From the NCBI GenBank assembly GCA_913020725.1, contig CAJWCD010000057.1, forward strand, positions 1 through 21,763: a DNA stretch of 21,763 nt, written 5' to 3'. Within the stretch, counting starts at the first letter, position 1. Every line of letters starts with the position of its first letter. The notes under the pieces were generated by a model, which saw nothing but the letters and a program-made list of their open reading frames with translations, was not told the DNA's origin and made no database searches. The DNA is from an uncultured Pseudomonadota bacterium (GTDB taxonomy: Bacteria > SAR324 > NAC60-12). Below, piece by piece: positions 8,772-16,854 of this stretch. A program made the translations under genes and the position numbers.

Positions 8772-9776
8772 CTAGTTGTCGAGTCCGCCCATCGCCTCAA
8801 TCACCTGAGCACCAGTTAAACCCGGTCGCAAGGTTTTCTTCTTGTAGGCTGTAATGGCTGGTGCCATGGCAGCTTGGAACCGCTTGACCTCGGCAGCAGA
8901 CAGGGTGATCAGTTTGACGCCGTTGCCAGCAGCGATTTTGAGCCCCCGCTTACCAGCAGCGTCATAGCCCTTGCCGCCTGCACGCGACAGATCCGGACCA
9001 CTGGCCTGCTCAACCCACGCCTGCTCTTTTGCGGAAAGGTCATTCCACACCTCTTTGTTCATCAGCAGAAAGAAGGCTGAGACCGAGGGCGGCAGGTTGA
9101 CGGTAATGTGGTTGGCAGGTTCCCAGAGTTTGAATGAACCAATCGCGCTCGAGCCAATGTGAATCGCGTCAATCGTACCGTTTGACAGATTTTGATGGAT
9201 CACATTGACGGGTTGCGCAACGGCACTAGCACCAAGTGCCTCAATGTAGGGAACATCCTGCGCAGAAGTGACGCGAATGATCATGCCCTTGACATCCTCC
9301 AGCTTACGCACAGGCTTGTCCTTAGTGATCAGCACCTTGGTTTCATTGGTCCAGATTGCCAGCACCTTGGCGTCGTATTCGGTGTCGATCAGTTTTCTTG
9401 CCTTAATCATACGCTCTGTGCCGTCAATGGCATTCTTGGCCAGACCTGGAACGGTGATCGTATTGGTCACCGGGAACAACTGACCTGTGTAGCCCGGCAG
9501 GCTAAATGAAATGTCAACCACGCCTTCAAGCAGTCGCGAATACTGCTGTGGAGGTGCTGCGTTGAGTGTCCCGCCCGGAAACAATTTGACGGTCAATTCG
9601 CCTCCGCTGATCTTTTTGAGATCGTTGGCAAAGCGCTGGAACACGGCTTTGTTCATCGGGTGCTTGGGACTCATGAAAAAGGAAAGTTTCAGTTGCTTGC
9701 CCCAGGCCGGTCCCGCCAGCAGTGCCCATGCAAGGGTTGCCAGCAGCAGAGTGCTTAATACAGTCCACTTCTTCAT
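8772..9776 (-). CDS. dctP: TRAP transporter substrate-binding protein
   Basis: Signal peptide ending PAWG; SGGELTVKLFPGGTL; PVRKLEDVKGMIIRV (conserved carboxylate-binding Arg region); AAGGAG RBS upstream. Confidence 0.94.
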   Translation of the reverse strand: MKKWTVLSTLLLATLAWALLAGPAWGKQLKLSFFMSPKHPMNKAVFQRFANDLKKISGGELTVKLFPGGTLNAAPPQQYSRLLEGVVDISFSLPGYTGQLFPVTNTITVPGLAKNAIDGTERMIKARKLIDTEYDAKVLAIWTNETKVLITKDKPVRKLEDVKGMIIRVTSAQDVPYIEALGASAVAQPVNVIHQNLSNGTIDAIHIGSSAIGSFKLWEPANHITVNLPPSVSAFFLLMNKEVWNDLSAKEQAWVEQASGPDLSRAGGKGYDAAGKRGLKIAAGNGVKLITLSAAEVKRFQAAMAPAITAYKKKTLRPGLTGAQVIEAMGGLDN

Positions 9777-9802
9777 CGTTATCTCCTTGGTTGATGGTTT
9801 GT

Positions 9803-9863
9803 GGGAAGTCCATGCTTCCCGAGTTATCCCCTTGCGGGGATCGGATATGCCGCAGTTGCGGCA
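9803..9863 (-). other. Three tandem hairpins in the rdhA-dctP spacer
   Basis: GGGAAG/CTTCCC (9803-9820); ATCCCC/GGGGAT with a GCAA loop on the mRNA strand (9826-9841); TGCCGC/GCGGCA (9848-9863). No U-tract. Confidence 0.55.
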
Positions 9864-9866
9864 CGT

Positions 9867-12005
9867 TCAGACCTTCTCAATCTGAGCGGGTTTGTAATGC
9901 TCCGGAGTCGCTTTTCCGGACTGGTAGCGGGCCAGCGCCTGCTTAGGGGTTTCGAGTTTGTGCTTGGCGGCAAGCGCCTGTTTGCGGTCCACCGGAAAGG
10001 GTTCAAGGTGATCCGGAGGGGGCATCTGCTCCGCGTGGTAGTAGGCGATCGAGTGCTTGTCCGGATCCAGTTTCTTGTCCAAGTTCAGTTCCCGGCGGTT
10101 GGTGCCCTTCGGCTCTACGGCTTTGCCGTCCACCCATTCAAGATCGTACCACCACTTCTTGACAAGATTGATGCGCCCGTTGCCCACCTTGTCGTCGAGA
10201 TCGGCGATCCACTTGCGGGTGAAGGGCAGGTGAATCGCCATCTTCAGGAAGAGGTCGTGGACGAGCAGCCCTTCGTGGTTGTACGGACAGGTTTTCATGC
10301 AGCGGCCACACGCGGAGCCTTTGGCGTTGGTGACACGGTAGCGGACGCAGCGCTCCGCGTCCGGTTTCCACATTTCGTAGCCGTTGAACATCACAGTGTC
10401 TCCCCAACTGATCGCCTGACACGGACACTCCCGTGCACACTTGCGGCATTTTTGGCACATGTCCTGAAGTCCGAAATCAATCGGCTGGTCGTGAGCGAGC
10501 GGCAGGTCGGTGGTGACCACGATGGACTTGAAGCGTGGGCCGACGAAGGGGTTGAGGACCAGTTCCCCGATGCGGCTCAGTTCGCCAAGTCCGGCGTAGA
10601 GAACGAGCGGGATGTGCAGGACTTCGCTGTCCAAGTTGGAATGTACGCGGGCGGAGTAGCCTAGCCTGCGGATGAACTCGGCCATTTGTCCGCCGACGGT
10701 CGCGCCCCGCAAGTAGCCACGCATGGACTGCGCCCCGCTGATCCAGTCGTCGCCGCTTGCACCGTCCATTGTTTCGTAGCCCTGATCAATGAGCATGACG
10801 ATAGCGTGGCGGTGTCGGGGTTCGATGGGTTTGCCGTCATCATCGTGTGAGAACCACGCAAAGCGCTTGGCCTCACAGATGCCGGTGAGGTCCATGTTGA
10901 GGAAGTAGGAAAGCGACTTGATCGCCTTAGCATTCTCAATGGAATCGTCCATGTTCGGTGCCTTTTCCGCAGCGACTTCGCCATCCTGATGCGGCACCAA
11001 ACCCCGGATCATCGGAACCATTCCCATCGTGAAGGGATGCTTGATTGCAAAGCGGTCGCGTTCCACCTGCGTCTTTGCTCCAAGGTCCCCCTTGCGTGCC
11101 CGTTCGAAAAACGCGGCGCGTTTTGGAACGCGTGGCACCTCGTCCTCCAACACCAGCGTGGTTGGGCGGGGCACCTTGCGGATCGTCTCCATCGGGTGCT
11201 GGCTCCAGTGCGAGGGGCGCTGACGGAGCCGTTCACGCTCACGTTCCGGAACTGCCCCGTCCACGCCCCACTGGAAGCGCCAGTCGCGTTCGGGCTTGGT
11301 CGGAGTTTCGACGAGGGGCAAGTCCGGCTGCACCGGCATGTCGCAACTCACCACTGCCGTGCCGAATCCAGCTTCCAAAAACGGGTTGACCACCTGCCCG
11401 CCTTGCCAACGGCCCAGCCCGGAGCAGACGGTTAGCAGCTCGTGATCGAGATCTGACTTGTTAGCCGAATGCGATTTGGCGTGCCAGCCGAGGTGTCTGA
11501 TGTAACCCGCAATGGTGACGGCAATCTCAGCAGCCCTTACAGCCGCCCGCTCGGCCTGTGCATCCCGGAGCCATTCCGCAGCGAGGTTTTCCGGCTCCGG
11601 TTCCCGGACATATTCCACGACGATCACGAGCGCGTTGCCGTGGTACGGCGTCATTGTCTCCCCGGACTCCGTTTCAGCGAACCACGCGGCCTCCGGAATC
11701 TCACAAGCCCCAACCATCGAGGCGTCCATGAAGTAACTTGCCGCCTTCATCTGTTGAGTGAGATCAAGCGGATCCTCCGCAATTGGAGCTTTTTCCTTGG
11801 CGGGGGTTCCGTCCTGCCACTGGTCGAGCAGATCGTTGTAGTCATTTGCAACCTCCGCAAAGCGCAGAGACGGTTCGCTGCGTTTCCGGACAGGGCGGGG
11901 CTTGCGTCCAGAGGGAATTCCCGGAATCACCGTAGTGCGTTCCAGCCGCTCCAGCGGATAAGGGCCAAGGTGAACCGGACGACGCTTGTTGGAAAACAGC
12001 TTCAT
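9867..12005 (-). CDS. rdhA: Catabolic, cobalamin-dependent reductive dehalogenase (NpRdhA/BhbA-type, no C-terminal reductase)
   Basis: N-terminus MKLFSNKRRPVHLGPYPLERL; DQGYETMDGASGDDWISGAQSMRGY; AGLGELSRIG; NPFVGPRFKS..VTTDLP; two 4Fe-4S motifs (CQKCRKCARECP and C..YR...GSACGRCMKTCP); duplicated N-terminal domain. ATG at 12005 preferred; the extension to 12068 runs into the MITE. Confidence 0.93.
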   Translation of the reverse strand: MKLFSNKRRPVHLGPYPLERLERTTVIPGIPSGRKPRPVRKRSEPSLRFAEVANDYNDLLDQWQDGTPAKEKAPIAEDPLDLTQQMKAASYFMDASMVGACEIPEAAWFAETESGETMTPYHGNALVIVVEYVREPEPENLAAEWLRDAQAERAAVRAAEIAVTIAGYIRHLGWHAKSHSANKSDLDHELLTVCSGLGRWQGGQVVNPFLEAGFGTAVVSCDMPVQPDLPLVETPTKPERDWRFQWGVDGAVPERERERLRQRPSHWSQHPMETIRKVPRPTTLVLEDEVPRVPKRAAFFERARKGDLGAKTQVERDRFAIKHPFTMGMVPMIRGLVPHQDGEVAAEKAPNMDDSIENAKAIKSLSYFLNMDLTGICEAKRFAWFSHDDDGKPIEPRHRHAIVMLIDQGYETMDGASGDDWISGAQSMRGYLRGATVGGQMAEFIRRLGYSARVHSNLDSEVLHIPLVLYAGLGELSRIGELVLNPFVGPRFKSIVVTTDLPLAHDQPIDFGLQDMCQKCRKCARECPCQAISWGDTVMFNGYEMWKPDAERCVRYRVTNAKGSACGRCMKTCPYNHEGLLVHDLFLKMAIHLPFTRKWIADLDDKVGNGRINLVKKWWYDLEWVDGKAVEPKGTNRRELNLDKKLDPDKHSIAYYHAEQMPPPDHLEPFPVDRKQALAAKHKLETPKQALARYQSGKATPEHYKPAQIEKV

Positions 12006-12014
12006 GGAATTTTG

Positions 12015-12249
12015 GGGTCTATGCCATTTCAAGTGGATTTGCCAAGCAACACAACCCATCCGGCTCATGTCGGCAAGTTAGGTGACGCGATGCCGCCCCC
12101 TGGGGAGGTAGCACCGGGTGGCACACCGGTGCTTGCGCCTGCAAAAATCGCTCATCAGGGGGCGTGAGCACGGGTGTGCCGCCCCGTGCTACCAGTCGCT
12201 TTTCACCTGTTTCCCGACATGAGCCCTCCACTCAATGTGGCATAGACCC
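12015..12249. mobile_element. 235-bp non-autonomous MITE-like element
   Basis: 23-bp terminal inverted repeats, 19/23 identical with the first 12 bp perfect (GGGTCTATGCCA; 12015-12037 and 12227-12249). Flanking 8-bp near-direct repeat GAATTTTG (12007-12014) / AAATTTTG (12250-12257). No transposase. Confidence 0.75.
12107..12193. repeat. Inverted pair of 27-bp REP-like palindromes (REPIN-like)
   Basis: GGTAGCACCGGGTGGCACACCGGTGCT (12107-12133, +) and GGTAGCACGGGGCGGCACACCCGTGCT (12167-12193, -). 24/27 identical; each has GTAG followed by an 8-bp stem. Confidence 0.7.
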
Positions 12250-12315
12250 AAATTTTGGATGTGCAGAACGCATGGAGGGATGGGCGATCTCCTCCCTGTG
12301 GAAGGGTCAGAGCCT

Positions 12316-12345
12316 TTTTTAGAACAAGCCATCTACTCCTGTCAA
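12316..12345 (-). promoter_or_regulatory. Candidate sigma70 promoter for the rdhA run
   Basis: Perfect TTGACA (12345-12340), 18-bp spacer, TAAAAA (12321-12316), oriented toward rdhA. Confidence 0.35.
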
Positions 12346-12429
12346 TCAACGTTGGTGGGCAGCGAAACTCACCTGACGTTTGCTATTATGGACAGTGTTC
12401 TCTGCTAATGCAACAACTTCATAGAATCC

Positions 12430-13818
12430 TTAGGCTGCAACCGAAGCATCTGCCTCCCGGCGCATGAGGCGGGGCAGAGAGCGTCCGCGTAACCAAGTCA
12501 TGCCCCAGATTCCGGAGACGACGTTGCCCACGGTGACACCGAGGAAGAGGCCAGGCATCCCCCAGCGCTGCGAGGCAAAGTAGGCGAGGGGAATGGTCAG
12601 CGCGAAGAGCCGGGCGAGGTTGATCGTGATCGATTGCAGGGGTTGGTGGAGTCCGCTGAACGCCGAACTGGCGATCATGGTGAGACCGTAGAACCCAAAA
12701 CTGACGGGCACAGTCCAAAGGTAGGTACGGATGAGTGCCTGCACACTTTCGGAGTCGCTGAACACCGAGGAGATCAGGTGGGCGCCAGCCGCGAGCAGGA
12801 GACACGCCCCTCCGCCCCAGAGCATGGAGAAACGGGTGCAGTAGGCGAGTCCGGCACGGATGCGTTCGTACAATTTGGCTCCGAAGTTCTGGCCGATGAA
12901 GGGCGTGATGATGATGGCGAGGCTGATTGTCCCCAGCATTGCAAGGCTTTCCAAACGGGTGCCCACCCCAAAAGCCGCCACCGCATCTTCTCCAAAACCA
13001 GAGGCCATGCGGGTGAGGATGGCATTGGAGATGGGAGGCAGGATGTTGACCAAGGCAGCAGGCAGTCCGATGTAGAGAATGCCACTCCACGAAGCCCACA
13101 CTTCCCAGAGCCGGGGCCAGCGGATTTCCAGCATGTGGTCCCGGATGCCCAACACCCACAATTCAGCGAGCATCGCGCAGAAAAAGGCGATCACCGTAGC
13201 GATGGCCGCACCGCGCACCCCCAGTTCCGGGAAGGGGCCGATGCCGAAAATCAGCAATGGGTCCAGCACAACATTGACTCCGGCGATCACGAGCATGATG
13301 AGGCTGGGGGTGAGGCTGTCGCCCGTTGCCCGGATGGCCCCGTTGCCGACGATAGGAATGGCGATGAACACCACCCCGAGGAACCAAGTGTCCATGAACT
13401 CGTGGATGATGGGCAACTGCTTGCTGTTGGCCCCGAGGGTTTGGAAAATCGGGTCGATGCTCCAGTAGCCAATGAACGCGACCACGCCCATCAGTGCAAC
13501 CGTTAGCCCCAGACTGTCGGTCGTCATCCTCCGGACTCGTGCTGGATCGCCCTGCCCGATGCTGTGCGAGACCATCGTGGAGGTGCCTGTGTTGAGGCCA
13601 AAGCCAAGGCTCATCACCGTGAGGGTCACGGGGAAGGTGAAGCTGATTGCCGCCAACTCCCGGACCCCGATCATCCCGATATAGAAAGTGTCCACGAGGT
13701 GATTCACGATCACGGCGACCAACCCAAAGATCATCGGAACCACCATCCGGAAGAGGGTTTGGTTCACCGGGTCTTGCGTCATGCTGACTTTTCCGGATTG
13801 GGGTCGGGGGGAGTTCAT
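12430..13818 (-). CDS. MATE family efflux transporter
   Basis: About 12 TMs; LVDTFYIG, ELAAISFTFP, IRATGDSLTP, NVVLDPLLIFG, LGVRGAAIAT, FIGQNFGA. Alternative start at 13782. Confidence 0.95.
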   Translation of the reverse strand: MNSPRPQSGKVSMTQDPVNQTLFRMVVPMIFGLVAVIVNHLVDTFYIGMIGVRELAAISFTFPVTLTVMSLGFGLNTGTSTMVSHSIGQGDPARVRRMTTDSLGLTVALMGVVAFIGYWSIDPIFQTLGANSKQLPIIHEFMDTWFLGVVFIAIPIVGNGAIRATGDSLTPSLIMLVIAGVNVVLDPLLIFGIGPFPELGVRGAAIATVIAFFCAMLAELWVLGIRDHMLEIRWPRLWEVWASWSGILYIGLPAALVNILPPISNAILTRMASGFGEDAVAAFGVGTRLESLAMLGTISLAIIITPFIGQNFGAKLYERIRAGLAYCTRFSMLWGGGACLLLAAGAHLISSVFSDSESVQALIRTYLWTVPVSFGFYGLTMIASSAFSGLHQPLQSITINLARLFALTIPLAYFASQRWGMPGLFLGVTVGNVVSGIWGMTWLRGRSLPRLMRREADASVAA

Positions 13819-13957
13819 TGGCGGAGATGATCGAAGAAGTGCAAACCATCAGTCTAAAGCAATTGGTCGGGCTGTCGAGGGAAGAAATGCAGCAAGGGGT
13901 GTCATTTTGGGAACGATAGGCAGCCGCTTTGCACACGCCCTGCATTACCGGGGCGTG

Positions 13958-15181
13958 ATGATTCGACGACACCGGGTTTTCCAGAACTCCACGCTTTTCG
14001 CACTTGGCGGCTTCCTGACCGTTCTGCTCGGCACCTTCAATTTGACCGAAGCTGGCGAAATCCGCCGACAGTACCATTCTGTCCGTGCGCTGGGCATGGG
14101 CAACGCCGCCCTTGCCCTGAGCTACGACGAAAGCGCACTCTTCTACAACCCTGCCGGACTTGCCAACGTCAAGACCTTCATTTTTCAGCTTCCCATTGAA
14201 GTTGTCTACAACTCGGAAGCATCGAAACAGAGCAGCAACATCACCAGCCTGATCACCAAGAAAAAATCCCTTGCCGATGTCCTCAGCGACCTCAAGGGCA
14301 AGGACATCTACTTTCGGACGCTGCTCGATTTCGACAGCCAGTTTGGGGCCGGAGGCTATGCTCCAAACTACGCACTGGCGATTCCCTTTGGCGACAGGAA
14401 TTCCGGGTTCACGCTCGCAGCATTTTACGGTGGGGAGCAGACGATCCGCTTTGGAGTTTCCAGCGCTGGCACCCAACTCACCACCGAGAGCCGTCGCGAT
14501 CACTCCCTCAACCTCGGACTGGGTTTTCCGTTGGCCCAAGGCAAATGGTTACTGGGGGTGACAGCCCAACAAATCGAACGTTGCGACAAGCCATCCGACA
14601 ACATCTCGGTGGGGAACGTCACTAATCTCACAGACGCGATTTGTGCTAGTGCGGACCTCCGCAAGGGTCAGGCGCTTCATGCGGGAATTCAGCGGCGTGT
14701 GGCCATGCTCGGAGGATTGCGCATCACTTGGGCACTCACCGCGCACAACATTGGCACCCTCAAGTTTTCCCGTAAGTCCGGGGAGACGAACCCTGTTGAT
14801 GTACCCCCGGAGTACGGCTTCGGCCTTTCGCTCCAACCCAAGCTTGGGCCGATCCGCTGGCTCATTGCCGCCGATCTCCGTGATTTAACGAAAACCCATC
14901 CGGACGACACCTCCTGCAAGACCAACAGTTCTTACAGTTGCTGGAAGAAACGGATGCACCTCGGCGCAGAGTTGGGTTTTTTCACGATTGACGAGAGTTC
15001 CAGTGTGATCGCCTTCCGCTACGGCTTCAATCAGGGCTATCCCACGAAGGGAATTGAACTCAATCCACTGATCTTCTCAAAGGCCATCAACCTCCAATAC
15101 GCCGAGTACCAAGTCGAAACCGCGACCCTCTACGGAACTCCGGAAACGCGCAAGGCTCTACGGCTCTCCATGGAATTCTGA
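13958..15181 (+). CDS. Outer-membrane beta-barrel protein (FadL/PorV/TraF-like superfamily)
   Basis: Signal peptide; SVRALGMGNA...ALFYNPAGLA N-terminal motif; amphipathic strands; C-terminal Phe (LRLSMEF). ATG at 13958 preferred because 13781 overlaps the MATE gene. Confidence 0.75.
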   Translation: MIRRHRVFQNSTLFALGGFLTVLLGTFNLTEAGEIRRQYHSVRALGMGNAALALSYDESALFYNPAGLANVKTFIFQLPIEVVYNSEASKQSSNITSLITKKKSLADVLSDLKGKDIYFRTLLDFDSQFGAGGYAPNYALAIPFGDRNSGFTLAAFYGGEQTIRFGVSSAGTQLTTESRRDHSLNLGLGFPLAQGKWLLGVTAQQIERCDKPSDNISVGNVTNLTDAICASADLRKGQALHAGIQRRVAMLGGLRITWALTAHNIGTLKFSRKSGETNPVDVPPEYGFGLSLQPKLGPIRWLIAADLRDLTKTHPDDTSCKTNSSYSCWKKRMHLGAELGFFTIDESSSVIAFRYGFNQGYPTKGIELNPLIFSKAINLQYAEYQVETATLYGTPETRKALRLSMEF

Positions 15182-15283
15182 GCATCCTGCGCTGCTCTGT
15201 CTGGACATTTCACGGCATCTCCGGCTAAGCTGAAGTGTTGGCATATTGCCTTCGTTTCAGGCCCTCACAACCACAATCGTCTT

Positions 15284-16336
15284 ATGAAACAACTCTTTTC
15301 TACGCAAGGACTGCTCACGATCGTTGCGTTGCTGGGCATCTACTGGGTTTTCTTTGGAGAGGACAAGCAAGAATCGCGGCGCGTGGCGAGTTTCGGAAAC
15401 ACGGTGATCGGCGTGAGCAACCAACTCAATCCGGAGGCGCTTGCCAAGCTCGGAGTTGATCTTTCCGAAAACCTTGATCCCCAGATCGTACCAGCATTGA
15501 TGAGCGAGGCTCTCAAGGAAACGACGCAAGCTAACGTCTCCGAGCAAGATTTCCTGCCCACGCTCGCGTCCAACATCTCTAACAAGATTCAGGGAGTCAG
15601 CACCATTGACCTCAACGGTGACGGCCTCACCGACCCGGTACTCGTTATGCCGCAGTCGGAACAAAGCGGGGACGAATTCCTCGTCTTTTCGATTCTGGTT
15701 CCGGACCCCTCGGAGGTTTCCAGCTTGCCCGCAGGGTCGGATCAGGCTGCGTGGCTGGACATTGCAAAAAACAAATCCATCGAGGTGATGACCGCTTCCG
15801 TGGTGAAAAAAGGGGCCGAGAAATTCGCGATGCAGGCGTCACCGAACCCGCAGATGTACAACTCTGCTGGTGCGCCCTACCCACCCTATTACAGTTACGC
15901 GCCAGGCATGACGAGCATCTTTATGACCTCGTTCACTGCATCACTACTCGCGAACTACCTCTTCATGCCGCGCTACCCGATGGGCTTTGGCGGATACATG
16001 GGGGCGCCGAGAGCGGTTTCCACGGTGCAGTCGAACCGCAGTTCCCGCACGGCAGGGCTCAGCAAGGCCAACGGCTCCAGCACTCCAGCAAGAACCGCCA
16101 GCGGCAAGAGCGTCGCGGCCAACAAGTTCAAGCCGACCTCGACGAAATCACTGAACAAGGTCAAGAGTTCGCAGTTCCGGGCGGCGAAGCGGGCAAAGTC
16201 CTCCGGAGGCGGGTTTGGTCAATCGAAAAGCACGAGCAGTTCCCGCAAGAGCTTCAACCAGCCGACCAAACGACGGAGTTTTGGAACCCCGACTCGGCGA
16301 CGGCGCAGCTTCGGTTTCGGACGCCGCAGGCGTTGA
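15284..16336 (+). CDS. Hypothetical membrane-anchored protein with a DxNxDG Ca-binding-like loop and a Ser/Lys/Arg-rich tail
   Basis: N-terminal TM; IDLNGDGLTD; second hydrophobic patch; low-complexity basic C-terminus ending RRRRSFGFGRRRR. Confidence 0.8.
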   Translation: MKQLFSTQGLLTIVALLGIYWVFFGEDKQESRRVASFGNTVIGVSNQLNPEALAKLGVDLSENLDPQIVPALMSEALKETTQANVSEQDFLPTLASNISNKIQGVSTIDLNGDGLTDPVLVMPQSEQSGDEFLVFSILVPDPSEVSSLPAGSDQAAWLDIAKNKSIEVMTASVVKKGAEKFAMQASPNPQMYNSAGAPYPPYYSYAPGMTSIFMTSFTASLLANYLFMPRYPMGFGGYMGAPRAVSTVQSNRSSRTAGLSKANGSSTPARTASGKSVAANKFKPTSTKSLNKVKSSQFRAAKRAKSSGGGFGQSKSTSSSRKSFNQPTKRRSFGTPTRRRRSFGFGRRRR

Positions 16337-16343
16337 GTCCGGG

Positions 16344-16748
16344 CTAGTCCCGCTCCTCCCAAGCACGGAGGCGGGCATCGTAGTCCGCTGGGTTGAGGGT
16401 GTGGATTTTGGAAGCGCGGGGGCTGCCGTGCTGGAGGAGGGCCTGCTCGCGCATGCGACGCATTTCCAAGAGGTACGACTGCCCTTCGAAGAGTTCGAGC
16501 TGGGAGTCGGAATAGGGAGCATGCAGCCGAGCCTCCCGCTCGATTTTCAAGTGACAGCGAGCGCAGAGTGGGATCAGATTTCCTGGAGCATTGTTTGACG
16601 GATTTTCGTCAATGTGGTGTACCTGCAACTGCTGCTCGCCGCTACGGATGCTCTGGCAGTCCTGTCCGCAACGGGCGCAGTGGTGGTTGAACAACTCGCG
16701 GATGAAACGGGAAATCGTCGTCCATTCCTCGTGATAGCGCTCATCCAT
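16344..16748 (-). CDS. Stand-alone HNH endonuclease (zinc-binding)
   Basis: CARCG ... LQVHHIDENPSNN...NLIPLCARCH. Confidence 0.88.
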   Translation of the reverse strand: MDERYHEEWTTISRFIRELFNHHCARCGQDCQSIRSGEQQLQVHHIDENPSNNAPGNLIPLCARCHLKIEREARLHAPYSDSQLELFEGQSYLLEMRRMREQALLQHGSPRASKIHTLNPADYDARLRAWEERD

Positions 16749-16854
16749 GTGGCAAATCCCGCTTTATGAATTGCTCAAATTCCCGTATCATTGTCAAGAA
16801 ACGCTGCCCTCCGGTTGCCAGAGTACTTTTTGAAACACCCTTGTTAGGAAAAAT

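Noticed and set aside
9867..12068. Respiratory (organohalide-respiration) RdhA with a TAT signal
   Set aside because: KRR is not followed by a hydrophobic segment, there is no rdhB, and the architecture matches the catabolic type.
12180..12220. Cobalamin riboswitch upstream of the B12-dependent rdhA (minus strand GGGAAACAGGTGAAA)
   Set aside because: It resembles the GGGAA-N3-GGTG-AA start only. The pairing TCC, the CCCGC(A/C)ACTG segment and the B12 box are absent, and the region is better explained by TIRs and REP hairpins. An Infernal search against the Rfam Cobalamin models would settle it.
13163..14539. 458-aa minus-strand ORF and other long overlapping ORFs (9801-10664, 12634-13506, 6931-7713)
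   Set aside because: Shadow or antisense frames of well-supported genes, with no recognisable motifs.
13958..15181. Conjugation gene (TraF-like) implying an ICE or plasmid
   Set aside because: The motif is shared across FadL/PorV-like barrels, and no T4SS, relaxase or integrase genes are present.
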